Source: Phaeosaccion multiseriatum | Taxonomy: Eukaryota > Protista > Ochrophyta, other classes | Assembly (NCBI GenBank): GCA_965112735.1 | Contig: OZ218958.1 | Coordinates: 1,860,001-1,924,000 of the forward strand | Reading direction: 5' to 3' | DNA length: 64,000 nucleotides | Shown here: piece by piece, positions 52,756 to 64,000 of the stretch | Layout of the letters: every line of letters begins with the position of its first letter | How positions within the stretch are numbered: position 1 is the stretch's first letter | Program-made: the position numbers and the translations under genes | The notes under the pieces: model-generated | Told to the model about the DNA's origin: nothing | The model's input: only the letters and a program-made list of their open reading frames with translations | Databases searched by the model: none

Positions 52756-55700
52756 CCTCTCTCCCTCTCTCTCCCTCTCTCTGTGTGTGTGTGTCTCTCT
52801 CTCTCTCCCTCTCTCTCTCTCTAGGAGGCGAAGCAACTCAGCACCAGGAACAGGAGCCTCAGGCAGCGTCTCGCAGTCGCCACCAGAGACAGGCTCAGCA
52901 CGCTGAGAGCAGACGAGTGGGAGCAACAAGACGACCAAGATGACCTGCTGCTGCCCAACGGGGCGCCATCCGCTGCTCCTGTATCACCAACTGCTAGTGC
53001 TGCTGCTGCTAATGGTGGTGGTGCGGGTGCTGCTGATCCCTCTGGAGATAGTGCGGAGGACGCGGCAGCCGTGACGGGAGGAGGAGGTACCCCCGCGTCG
53101 TCCAAAGGGGGAGGAGAAGGAGGAGGAGGAGGAGGAGGAGGAGGAGGAGGAGGAGGAGGAGGAGGAGGAGGAGGAGGAGGAGGAGGAGGAGGAGGAGGAG
53201 GAGGAGGAGGAGGAGGAGGAGGAGGAGAGGGCACATCGGTGAAGGATGGGGGTCCGGGGAGTGGTTCGAGCGGGGCAACGGCGGATTGCTCTCTCCTCGG
53301 GGAGGAGAGTAAGTCAGTGAACGAGTTCTTACTGAGCGTGTCCTCCCTCTCGCTCACCGCCCTTTGCTCCGAGGAGGGGAAGGACAGAGCAAAAGCCCTT
53401 AAAGGGCTTGACACGGCCTTTCACGCCGCCGCCGCCGCCGCCACGCACGCACACACACACGCACCCACACACGCACCCACACACGCACCCACACAGGCAC
53501 ACGCACACGCACACACACACCCGCGTGAAGCAGTGTCGAGGTCAGGGCCTGCTGTCCACTACCCCGGGGAGGAGGTGGGCAGGGAGGCAGGGGGGGGGGA
53601 AGGGGGAGGGGGAGGGATGGTACCCTACGGTACGATGGCACCCTACGGGATGGCAGCAGACGCGACGGCAGTTCAAAGCTTGCGGGTAAGTCAGTGAATG
53701 CAGAAGTGAACACGGGTAGGCACCCTCCCTCCTTTCCTCCCCCCTCTCTCTGCTCTGTGTCATTCACTACCTCCCCTACCCTACCCTACCCTACCCTACC
53801 CTACCCTACCCTACCCTACCCTACCCTACCCTACCCTACTCTACTCCACCCCACCCTACCCTATCCTACCCTACACCACCCTACCCTACCCTACCCTACC
53901 CTACCCTACCCTACCCTACCCTACCCTACCCTACCCTATCCTACCCTACCCTACCCTACCCTACCCTACCCTACCCTACCCTACCCTATCCTACCCTACA
54001 CCACCCTACCCTACCCTACCCTACCCTACCCTACCCTACCCTACCCTACCCTACCCTACCCTACCCTACCCTACCGCCGAACAGGTCGAGCGTGACTCTC
54101 TATCTAGCGATTGTGCGCGTCTTCGTGTGGAGCTAAGGTCTGTACGACAACGCTTGGCCGAGAGAGAGTTGAGCCTCGCGGAGGAGAGGGTCGAGGGGCA
54201 TGCCGTGAGGGCACACTATGGGGCTTTGAGGGAGAGGCATGCCCGCTTGGAGGAGGAGATGGCGCGGCGCGGTGGGGGGAGGGAGAGGGAGGAGGGGGAG
54301 GAGGAGGAGGAGGAGGAGGAGGAGGAGGAGGAGGAGGAGGAGGAGGAGGAGGAGGAGGAGGAGGAGGAGGAGGAGGAGGAGGAGGAGGGGACGACAGTAG
54401 CCCCTGTTGTGGACGGGGAGGGGGAGGAGGATGCCCAAAAGGAGGAGGAGGAGGAGGAGGAGGAGGAGGAGGAGCGGGAGCAGGAGGAGCAGGAGGAGCA
54501 GGAGGAGCAGGATAAGAAGGTGGTGGTGGTGCCGAAGGAGGAGGAAGACGTCCAGGAGCAGGTGGAGGAGGAGGAGGAAGAAGAAGACGAGGAGGAGGAG
54601 AGAAGAAGAAGGAAGGCAGGCTGGCGGAGGGCATCCAAGGAAGTCACAGCTCGGCAAGGGGAGCTATCGGCCCTACGGGAGAGCATGATTGCCACGCAAC
54701 GGTTACAGTCCTTCAATGACCTAGGTGATGACGCTGTGTTGTTACCTTCCGTACCGCTACCGAGCGAGGCGGGGAGGGGAGGGGAGGAGGAGGAGGAGGA
54801 GGAGGAGGAGGAGGAGGAGGAGGAGGAGGAGGAGGAGGAGGAGGAGGAGGAGGTGGTGGTGGAGGAGGAGGAGGAGGAGGAGGAGGAGGAGGAGGAGGAG
54901 GAGGAGGAGGAGGAGGGAAAGCACGAGTCTTCGCGAGCAGTAGTAGCGGGTGAGGCAGAAGCCTTGGCGTCCAGGCTGGCAGCGGCAGAGGCGCAAGTGC
55001 TATCCCTACAACAGCAGGCCGAAGAAGAGCGAGAGACACTCTCTGCCAGCCTGGCTGAGCAGAAGCAGTCGTATGGGGAGGTGGTGGAGGAGCTGGAGGC
55101 GTTGAAGGCTGAGGCACAACGAGCGCAAGAAGAGCGGCAAGCCTTGGCGGATGCTGAGAAGGAGGCTGCGGACCAGCGGCTTGCACGAGTCCAAGAAGAG
55201 GTATGTGCGGCAGGAGAGGCCGAATACCAAGCGGCAGCGGCACAGCTTGAGAAGGATCTGGAGAAAAGGTTCGGCATCGCCCTCGAGGAGTCAAGGAAGG
55301 AGTGCGAGGCGTTGGTCATCCGAATGCAGAAAGAAGCGGCGCGTAGCTCAGCGGCGCTGGAGGGGGCAATGCGTATGTCGCGAAGCGCTCAGAGCGAGCG
55401 AGAAGAGCAGGGCCGACGAGCGATGGAAGCGGCTGAGGCAGCGGAAGCGGCGGAAGCAGAGGTCGTCAAGTTGAAGATATTGAGGGATGAGTATGCCCTG
55501 TCAGAGGCCAAGGCAAGGGATGAGAACGCTTCATTGAAGGCTATGACGAGGGAGCTCGAGAGGGAGGTGCGAGATGCCAAGGAGAGGGTGACAGCGGCAG
55601 AGGCAGCGTGTGAGCGGCTGACAAGGCAGGCAGAGGCGGGGGCAGAGGGGGGGGAGGAAGAGGAGGAGAAGGAGGAGGAGGAGGAGGAGGAGGAGGAGGA

Positions 55701-58700
55701 GGAGGAGGAGGAGGAGCACAAGAAGGATCGGGGGGCACCACAAGTCAAGCAGCACCAGCACGACAAGAAGCATCATCACACTATGATGGTGGAGCTGGAG
55801 GCCCACTACCGAGATGGCATTGAGCGTGTCAAGATGCTCGAGAAGCAGCAGCAGGAGCAGCGTGAGAAGCAACAGTTGGTGATACAGGAGCAGCAGGAGC
55901 ACATCGCCAGGCTAGAGCAACAAACCGCAGCCGCAGCCGCAGCAGCAGCAGCAGCAGTTGGTGATACAGCAGCAGCTGGCAAAAGTAAGGCTGAGCTGCA
56001 GGAGCAGCTACAGAAACTGCAGGAGCGGCATCGTGTGATAGAGGCGGCGATGCAAGCGGCGGGGCAGGAGGTAGGGCATCGCTTAGAAGAGAAGGAGAAG
56101 GAGGCAGAGGGTCTTCGTAGCTACGGGGCAGAGGTGGAGCAGAGGTTGGAGGAGAAAGAGAAGGAGGCGGAGGACCTTCGAGCTTATGCGGTGGAGCTCG
56201 AGCAACACACGAATGAACTCGAGGCGCACGTTGCGGAGTTGGAGGAGGAGCATGAGGACTTTCTGAAACAGACGCTTAGCAAGGGGGGGGGAGGAGGAGG
56301 AGGAGGGATAAGGGAAGAAGGGGAGCAGGAGGAGGAGGAGCAGGAGGAGGAGGAGGAGCAGGAGGAGGAGGAGGAGGGGGAGGAGGAGGAGGATGTAGGG
56401 GAAGGGGAGGAGGCATGGGAGGGGGAAACGGAGGAAGGTGGGGACGATGACGTGTTGGAAACGGAAGATGAGGAGGGCGGGATGGAACGGCCTCAAGAGG
56501 CAACAGAGGACATCGGCGACGGGGGAGAGGAGAAGGAGGAGAAGGGGGAGGGGGGGGGGGGGGGGGTACGGCACGTGTCAGAGATTGACTTCGGGGCAGC
56601 GTGTGACGGAGGAGGAGGAGGAGGAGGAGGAGGAGGAGGAGGAGGAGGAGGAGAGGAGAGTGAAGGTGGTGACAACGAGCCCAGGGGCTCTCTTCATCTC
56701 CAAGCCATGGCGGAGGCGTCCCTGATGAAAGAGCTGGAGCTCGATACGGAGGACCACCAACATGCGCAGGTCACAGATGACGAGCACAAGGCGGCGGCCG
56801 CGGACCTTTCCCGGACCCTTCTGAAGACCCAAGCGCAGTTGGGAGACGCTTTGATGGAACGGGTGGCTTTGTTGGAGCAAGTACGCCAGTTGGAGAAGGA
56901 GAATCACCAACAGGCGGTGGGGCTCGCAGGCAAGGAGGAGGAGCGGGCCGGGCTGAGGGCGCGTCTGACTCTGTTGGAACGTGACCATGAGCTGCAGCTG
57001 GAGCAGTTGGTGGTACAGCAAACACAGCACGGGGTCGAAGAAGTCGAAACGACCGAGACAGATTCAAAGGCATTGCGAGTAGACAGTAGCGGCAAGGAGA
57101 AGGAGAAGCAGGCGCTATACGCTGAGCGCCTGGCGTCGCAAGCAGCCCGGTCAAAGATGGAGATGGAAGTGGCGCGCTTGGAGGAGGAGTTGCGGAAGGC
57201 GCAGGAGGAGCAATTGGTAGTACAGCAGGAGGAGGCGTTGCGCGCAGAGGAGCAGTTGGTAATACAGGAACAGAAGCAGCTGGTGGTACAGCAGCAGGAG
57301 GAGTTGGTGATGCAGCAGCGGGAGCAGTTGATGATGCAGCAGCAGCTCCTCGAGTCCAAGGAGCAGGAGGTGAAGGAGAAGGAGGCAGAGAGGGTCGAGT
57401 TGGAGGGGCGGGAGTTGGTGATACAGCAGCGGGAGGAGGCACTGAAGGAGAGACTGGAGGGGGCTGAATCACAACTGGCTCAGGCTGAATCACAGCTGGC
57501 TCAGGCAGTGAAGGAGGTGGGTGCGAGCGTGGAGGAGAGCGGGCGCCTGGGGGCAGCGTTGGAGGAAGCAGAAGGCCGCATCGATGGGTTACGGAGCACG
57601 CTGGAAGCTTTGCAGGGTAGAGCAAGGGAGGCAGAGGCAGAGGTGGAGGAAGCGCGAGACCGAGAGACCGCCTTGAAAGCAGAGATGAAGGAGATGCAAC
57701 AGATACGACAACAGCAAGAGGATCAAGAAGACTTGCTTCGGTCAGAACTCGAGACTATGCAAGTAGAAGGAGGAGAGAGAGAGCAGGCACTGGCGGAGAG
57801 GCTACAGATCGTGCAATCACAATTGGCGGTGGCAGAGGCCGAGTACGAAGCCGTAGCTGCGCAGCTTGAGAAGACTCTAGAGCAGAGGGAGGGGACGTTA
57901 GAGGAGTCGAGAAAGGAGTGCGAGGCTTTGTCCATCCGAATGCAGGAGGAGGTGGCGCGTAGCTCAGCGCTGGAGGAGCAGATACGGGTGTTTGAGGAGA
58001 AGCACGAGGCTTCGCGAGCAGTAGTGGCTGGCGAGGCAGAAGCCCTGGCATCCAAACTGGCAGCGGCAGAGGCCCAAGTGCTCTCCGCCGAGGCAAGGCA
58101 AGGGGAACACGCCAGTGTACATGCACGAGTGGTTGCAGAGAAGGATGCCACTGCATCGAGGCTCCAGGAAGCGGGAGCGCGGTTGGCAGCACTCGAGGCG
58201 CAACAGGAACAGAGAGAGGCTCGCTGGGCACTGGAGCGTACGAGCACGGCAGAGACTATCGGTGGACTGCAAGACCAACTGGATACAGCTCTGGCGGAGA
58301 GGGCATCGACGTCTACACACGCAGAGGAGAGTGTGAGGGAGATGGAGGAGAGGTGTGCAGAGAGACTTAACGCCATACGGAGAGACATGGAAGCCCCGTT
58401 CGAGGCCGTAGAGAAGGAGAGGGACGCAATGGCGTTGAAACTTGCACAAGCAGAGGCGTTGGTGATACAGATGGAACAAGACCGCGCTGAAAAGGAGCGT
58501 GAGTCACTCTCCGTCGCTCTGCAAGAGAAGGCAGAGATGGTGGCCATTGTAAAGGAGGCAGGGGCAGCTGCCGAGGCGTCAAGGAAGGAGTGCGAGACCC
58601 TGACCTTCCGACTGCAGGAGGAAACACGAGTGGGAAGTGAGAAGGAGAGCAACGCAGTGCGTGAGAGAGAGGCAATGGCGTCAAAGCTCGAGGAAGCAGA

Positions 58701-60905
58701 AGGCCGGATCGATGGGTTACGGAGCACGCTGGAAGCTTTGCAGAGTAGAGCAAGGGAGGCAGAGGCAGAGGTGGAGGAAGCGCGAGGCCGAGAGAGAACC
58801 TTGGAAACGGAGTTGAGAGACAGACGTGAGACACGGCAGCAGCAAGAGAAGCTGCTTCAATCGAGGCTAGAGACGATCCAAGGAAGCAGAGAGCGGATAC
58901 GAGAGAAGCTTCAGGTACAGCTGCAGAACTCGCTTGTAGGCAGGGAGTTACAGGAGGAGGATGGGGAGGGGGAGGAGGAGGAGGGGAGGGCGGAGGGGGA
59001 GGGGGGGGAGGAGGAGGAGGAGAAGGAGGAGGAGGAGGAGGAGGAGGGGGAGGAGGAGGGGGAGGGGGAGGAGCAGGAGCAGGAGCATGAGCAGGAGGAG
59101 GGGAAGGAGGAGCAGCAGGAGGCGGAGGAGAAGGAGGAGGAAGTGAGGGAGAAGGAGCAGGTGAAGGAAGTGAGTGGGGGGCGGCGACACAGCGAGAGGG
59201 CGCAAGTGCTGTACCTGCAGGAGCAGTTGGTGATACACAAGCAGCTCCTTGCCTCTAAGCAACGAGAGGTGGACGATATGGAGGCAGAAATGGGGGTGTT
59301 GGGAGACAGATTTGTGGAGATGGAGGAGAGCCACAACCAGCTGCTAGAGAGGCTTGAAGAGGTGGAGGAGGAGCAAGAGGAGGAGGGGGAGGAGGAGGAG
59401 GAGGAGGGGTGGGAAGGGCAAGAGGAGGAGGAGGAGAGAGAGGGAGGGGTAGTAGATACCACAGGATGGCCCAGCGAGAGAGGTAGGGCAGTGAGGGTGG
59501 GGCAGCAGCTGGAGCAGGATGTCGATCTCATGGCAGGGTCACAGCGGGCGGCGGCAGTGGCGACCAACGAGCTTCGGCCAGCGAGGGACGAGAGCGCCGT
59601 CCTGGAGAATAAGTTTGAGGAGCTTCAAAGCGGGCATCGGCTCTTGCTGGCGCGCTTGAGGCGAGCGGAGGAGACACAGGGAGAGGCAGAGGAGGGCTGG
59701 GCGGCAGGAGAAGCGGCCTTCTTGGAGGGGAGGCTTGAAGCGTTGAGGGAGGAGCATGGAAGGATGAGGGCGGAGGTGGCGAGAGGAGAGGTGGAGCAGC
59801 GGCAGTGTGTGGAGGACTTGGAGGATGAGGTGAGTCATTGGGAGGGAGAGAGGGAACGGGGGGAGAGGGGGAAGGAGGGAGGGAGGGAGGGAGGGAGGGA
59901 GGGAGAGGGAGGTTGTATCGATTATCACACAATCACGTACTCACTTACAATCACTCGCTCACACACATTCACTCACGCACTCACTCAATCAATCACTCAC
60001 TCACTCACTCAATCACTCACCCGCTCCCTGACTCACTCACTCCCTACCTCACTCACCCACTCGCCCACTCAATCACTCACTCGCTCAATCACTCACCCGC
60101 TCCCTGACTCACTCACTCCCTACCTCACTCACCCACTCGCTCACTCACTCACTCACTCACTCACTCCCTGACTCACTCACTCCCTACCTCACTCTCTCAC
60201 TCACTCACGCACTAACTCTATCACTCACTCACTCACTCACTCACTCCCTACCTCAATCACTCACTCACTCAATCACTCACTCACTCACTCACTCACTCCC
60301 TGACTCACTCACTCCCTACCTCACTCACTCACTCACTCACTCCCTCACTCACTCACTCACTCACTCCCTCACTCACTCACTCACTCACTCACTCACTCAC
60401 TCACTCCCGACTCACTCACTCCCTACCTCACTCACTCACTCACTCACTCCACGCACAGCTGCAGCGCAAGGACATGGAGGCAGAGGAGCTTCGAGCGGAG
60501 GTGTTGGTGCTCGAGATGGAGCTACTCGATCGACAAGAGGCAGAGGCAGACGCAGAGGCCGAGGCAGAGGCAGATAGACAGAGGCGGGGACAGGGGGGGG
60601 GAGAGGCGGAGGCAGAAAGGAAACGGCAGAGACAGGGGGAAGAGGAGGAGGGAGACAGTCCCCTCTCAGAGCCGTCGAGGAGGGCAACAGGGAGCGTGGA
60701 CACGCGGGAGCGCTTAAGACAGAGGAGACTGTCTGTGAATAGGCTCATTGCAGCCGCTGGTCAGGCGGCGACGGAGACTTTGCAGCGCAAAGTGAAGGGG
60801 TTGGAAGGAGAGGTGGCGAGGTTGAGGGGAGAGGATCCGAGGGCGGCGGCTGTATCACCAACGGCTAGGGAGGGGAGAAAGGAAGGAAGGGAGAGAGGGG
60901 GGTGA
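50609..60905 (+). CDS. Giant Glu/Gln-rich coiled-coil protein (5 or more exons; one exon about 5.7 kb)
   Basis: 2014-codon ORF 54127-60171 with heptad-like E/Q/L/A/R composition. Flanking exons near 50609-51385, 51761-52438, 52825-53685 and 60459-60905 have GT-AG borders. No recognisable globular domain. Confidence 0.7.
53773..54075. repeat. (CCCTA)n pentanucleotide array, about 60 units, intronic
   Basis: Directly visible; ends just before the acceptor AACAG at about 54084. Confidence 0.95.
59940..60450. repeat. (TCAC)n-rich tract, intronic
   Basis: Directly visible degenerate tetranucleotide array. Confidence 0.9.
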
Positions 60906-61351
60906 GGAGGGGGAGGAGGACCAGGGGCAGTCAAGCTCCACTTGTCCTCTCGCACCAGAGGGACGGAAAGGGCCGCTCTAGCGAGAGACGAAGTGGGGGC
61001 AAGGATGAGCGAAGAGGAGGGGAGGGGCTGAGGAGGATGAGAGGGGCGAAAGGACCATCGCCGTTGGAAGGGAAGGGAAGGCAAGGTAGCGAGGGAGGGA
61101 GGGAGGGAGGGAGGGAGGAAGTCTAGACTGGTTTTGTTTTTATTTTTCGGATACGGCAGAGCAGGGCAGCTCGGCATACAATATATATACAAACTGAAAC
61201 TCTTTTGCTCTTAAGCTTTAATACGTAAGCTTACGAGATGGTGAGAAAACGAATGATCGCTTCATAATTGGGGGTTGGGTTGGGCCGTGTCGTCCTCCCT
61301 TCCTAGATCGGTTGGTGATACAGCCACTGTATGTGTCGTAGCACCACATGC

Positions 61352-64000
61352 TCACCACGGCTTCGGCCAAGGCACAAGAGAGAGGGGTAGCCGTCCCACA
61401 GGCCACTCCGTGAAGGCCCCTGGCCCCCTGTCAGCCACACCCTCCAGCAAGTAGGGAGGTGCGGGCAGCAGCAGTCCACACGTTAGTCGTACAGGCACTT
61501 TCCCCACCACCACGGTCAGCGGGGGGAGAAGCAAGGAACTGTAGAGGGGAGGGCAAAAGAAGCTCTGCCCTTGCCCCTGCTCCTCCACCCCTTCCCCCTC
61601 CTGCCCCCCTCCCCCCTTCTCCTTCTCCTCCCCCTCCTCTTCCTCCTCCTCCTCCTCCTCCTCATCTTCATCATCATCATCATCATCATTATCATCATCA
61701 TCATCATCATCCTCTTGGTAACGCATGCACGTGCACTGCCATCCCTCGAGGCTAGGGCTAAGGTCGAACGCCAACGACAACACCCCGTCTCCATCTCCAT
61801 CCTCCTGCTCCTCCTCGTGCTCCTGCTCCTCCTCCTGCTCCTCCCCCTTCCCTACGATCCCACACCCAAGAGCACGAAAAGCCTCGACGCCCATTCTGCC
61901 AGCTGTGAATGATGTGGTGCCATTGGTTGCCATCCGCCGCATGGTCTCAGCCACCTCAAGATCGTTGGCTGCCATCCTCTCTGCCTTGCGCTTTGCCCTT
62001 GCCGTCATGTGGCCGCAAGAAGAAGGGCCTGCTATTGCCAAGGCCGCTCTCCTCACAAGGCCCCGAAGAGTGAGGAGTGAGCTGCAGGGCCCTCTGAGCC
62101 AGCAGCAGTTGGTGATACAGTGGCCGCAGCTGTTGCTGATACAGTACTTACACCTTACCCCCCCTGCCTCCTTCTCGACACGCCTATCGTGTTCCTCCTC
62201 CCCCTCCTCCTCCTTCTCTCGCTCTCGCTCTCGCTCTCGCTGCTGGGTGCCGGTGTGAGAGCTCCGCTGCCCATATGACTGCCCATACGACTTCTGCTGC
62301 TGCTGCTGTATCACCAACTGCTGCTGCTGCTGGTGCTGCTGGAGCTGGAGATGTGGCAACAGCACCTGGAGGGCTTTTGAGAGGCTCTCCTCTGCCCCTC
62401 TGTAGCGGCCCCCCTTGAGCAAGGCCAGCGCCTCCCACCACCACAGAGCAGCTTCCGCAGCCCAGGGGCAAGGCCCGCCCAGAGCAAAGAGGGAGGGAGT
62501 AGGAGGAGGAGCACAAGGAGTAGAAGAAAGAGGAGAAGGAGAGGAAAGAGGAGGAGGAGGAGAAGGAGAGAGAGGAGGAGGGCCTGGGGCCAAGGACAGG
62601 TCCTCCTCCCCTTCACCTTCCTCTCGCTCCTCGCCCGCCCCTCCTCCTGCTTCTCCCCCTCCTCTTCCTCCCCCTTCTCCTTCTCCTCCCTCTCCTCCTC
62701 CTCCTCCTCCTCCTCCACCACCACCACCACCACTACCACCACCACCTCCAGCCCTCCTCCTCCTCCTCCTCCTCCTGCCGTAGTTCAAGTGCCTGAGGGC
62801 GGCGAAGGGCCGCTGTATCACCAACTGCTGCCCCCCCTTGTCTTCCCCCTCCTCCTCCTCTTGAAAGAGCAAGCCTACCCCCACCAGCGCATGGCACATC
62901 GGTAGAGAGTGAAGTGTCGGCAGCATCGAACGCGCTGCCCCTCCCCCTCCCCCCCCTGCTTCCGTCCCCCTTTCCCCTCCCTGACCTCCTGCCCCACTGC
63001 TGTTACTCTCTCCAACCCGACCTTCGCCCAACACGGGCAGCACCTTGTCTGATGTGCAGGCAGGGGGGGAACAGTTGGTGATACAGCAGTGGCCTTCTTC
63101 TCCGAGTGCGGGTGACGACAACGACGACGACGACGAGGACGAGGACAATGGTTTCCCCCCCCACATGTCGAGCAAGGTGGGCTTGAAGGTCGTCACCTCC
63201 ACAGATGGTAGAAGCGCCGATACACGCAGAGTACCAACAGGTTGACCTGAGAAGGAGGAGGAGAAACAGTCGTCGCCATACATACCTCCTCCCCCTGCCC
63301 TTCGACGATGATTCATGAGGTTGGCGCGTGGGTGATCCGTGTCTGGTGTCTCGAGGTCGAGGGAGGGGAGGAGCCTGGCGAGCTCCTCCACAGCCCGACG
63401 GACGCTCTCCCCTTCCCCTCCTCCTCCTCCTCCCCCCCCTCCCCCTCCCCCTTCTCCCGAAGGACCCAGGAGCGCCCCTACCAAGGCCAGTATTCGCCAC
63501 TCCATCCTCCCCTCCCGGTCCAACAGGGGGGCATACTGCTGAGCCTCTTCATCATCATCATCATCGTGCCTGGGTGCACTCCGTCCACTCTCACTCCTCT
63601 TGCTCTTGTGTGCATCCTTGCCCTCGCCCTTGCCCTTGCCCTTGCCCTTGCCCTTGCTCTTGCTCTTGCCCAAGTCAACGGCCCCTGAGGCCCTGCTCTT
63701 CTTCCTTCTATCGGCACTCTTCCTCCAGTCACAGATGGCTTCGCCAACCCTGCCCGACATGAGGTGCATTCTGCTGCGGCTGCGTAACGTCAAGGTCAGA
63801 TTCACCGCTGCTGCTGCTGCTGTATCACCAACAGCTGCATCGATGGTACCTGCATCTGTATCACCAACTGCTGCTGCGGCGGCACAACTAGCCTCCCCGG
63901 CTTGGTGTATGTGAGCTCTAAAGATTCCCCTCCTTCCGCCTCTTTCCTTTCTCATCCCCTTGCCGCTGCTACCCCTCCTGCCCCCCGCTGGACTGAGCCC
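61352..64000 (-). CDS. 5'-truncated low-complexity protein with scattered TPR-like helices
   Basis: Frame open from the window edge to 61352 (867 aa or more). TPR-like segments LTLRSRSRMHLMSGRVGEAICDWRKS and EALALLKGGRYRGAEESLSKALQVL. True 3' end uncertain. Confidence 0.5.
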   Translation of the reverse strand, partial: GLSPAGGRRGSSGKGMRKERGGRRGIFRAHIHQAGEASCAAAAAVGDTDAGTIDAAVGDTAAAAAVNLTLTLRSRSRMHLMSGRVGEAICDWRKSADRRKKSRASGAVDLGKSKSKGKGKGKGKGEGKDAHKSKRSESGRSAPRHDDDDDEEAQQYAPLLDREGRMEWRILALVGALLGPSGEGGGGGGGGGGGGEGESVRRAVEELARLLPSLDLETPDTDHPRANLMNHRRRAGGGGMYGDDCFSSSFSGQPVGTLRVSALLPSVEVTTFKPTLLDMWGGKPLSSSSSSSSLSSPALGEEGHCCITNCSPPACTSDKVLPVLGEGRVGESNSSGAGGQGGERGTEAGGGGGGAARSMLPTLHSLPMCHALVGVGLLFQEEEEGEDKGGQQLVIQRPFAALRHLNYGRRRRRRRRAGGGGGSGGGGGGGGGGGGGEGGEGEGGGRGGGEAGGGAGEEREEGEGEEDLSLAPGPPPLSPSPPPPLSSPSPLSSTPCAPPPTPSLFALGGPCPWAAEAALWWWEALALLKGGRYRGAEESLSKALQVLLPHLQLQQHQQQQQLVIQQQQQKSYGQSYGQRSSHTGTQQREREREREKEEEGEEEHDRRVEKEAGGVRCKYCISNSCGHCITNCCWLRGPCSSLLTLRGLVRRAALAIAGPSSCGHMTARAKRKAERMAANDLEVAETMRRMATNGTTSFTAGRMGVEAFRALGCGIVGKGEEQEEEQEHEEEQEDGDGDGVLSLAFDLSPSLEGWQCTCMRYQEDDDDDDDNDDDDDDEDEEEEEEEEEEGEEKEKGGGGQEGEGVEEQGQGQSFFCPPLYSSLLLPPLTVVVGKVPVRLTCGLLLPAPPYLLEGVADRGPGAFTEWPVGRLPLSLVPWPKPW

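Larger units (their letters stand above)
10843..63868. repeat. Dispersed motif family GTTGGTGATAC, usually embedded in (CAG)n; 21 exact copies
   Basis: Exact 11-mer starts on +: 35016, 37645, 37669, 37693, 40162, 55875, 55957, 57414, 58458, 59226, 61311, 62108, 63074. Reverse complement at 10843, 26908, 52981, 60852, 62308, 62815, 63822, 63858. Confidence 0.92.

Noticed and set aside
55873-59238. QLVIQ as a protein repeat motif
   Set aside because: The same DNA word is read as AVGDT 80 bp away, as AVSPT and CITNC elsewhere, and also occurs in introns.

Overview
GC-rich eukaryotic genomic DNA with spliceosomal GT-AG introns packed with microsatellites. It is most consistent with a photosynthetic stramenopile (ochrophyte): one gene has a bipartite signal-peptide+Phe plastid leader. 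I built 13 gene models by hand: Nup43-like WD40 (-), EF-hand protein (-), bromodomain protein (+), kinesin-5-like motor with an N-terminal propeller-like region (-), LC8-family dynein light chain (+), putative plastid membrane protein (-), BRCT-PNKP (+), patatin-NB-ARC-TPR NLR-like gene (-), cystathionine gamma-lyase/synthase (-), APC6/CDC16 (+), TDP1 (-), a giant coiled-coil protein (+) and a 5'-truncated TPR-like gene (-). Most ORF-track entries are microsatellite artefacts. The strongest signal the genes do not explain is a dispersed DNA word, (CAG)n-TTGGTGATA-(CAG)n. I count 21 exact copies of the 11-mer GTTGGTGATAC plus about a dozen near-variants, on both strands, in introns and in exons where it is read in four different frames (AVGDT, QLVIQ, AVSPT, CITNC). 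It therefore looks maintained or propagated at the DNA level. The second highlight is an NLR-like receptor, patatin spliced in frame to NB-ARC, with 14 near-identical 126-bp TPR repeats that vary at fixed codons and a 4-bp frameshift that silences the last three. All gene models and counts are manual and need RNA-seq and computational confirmation.
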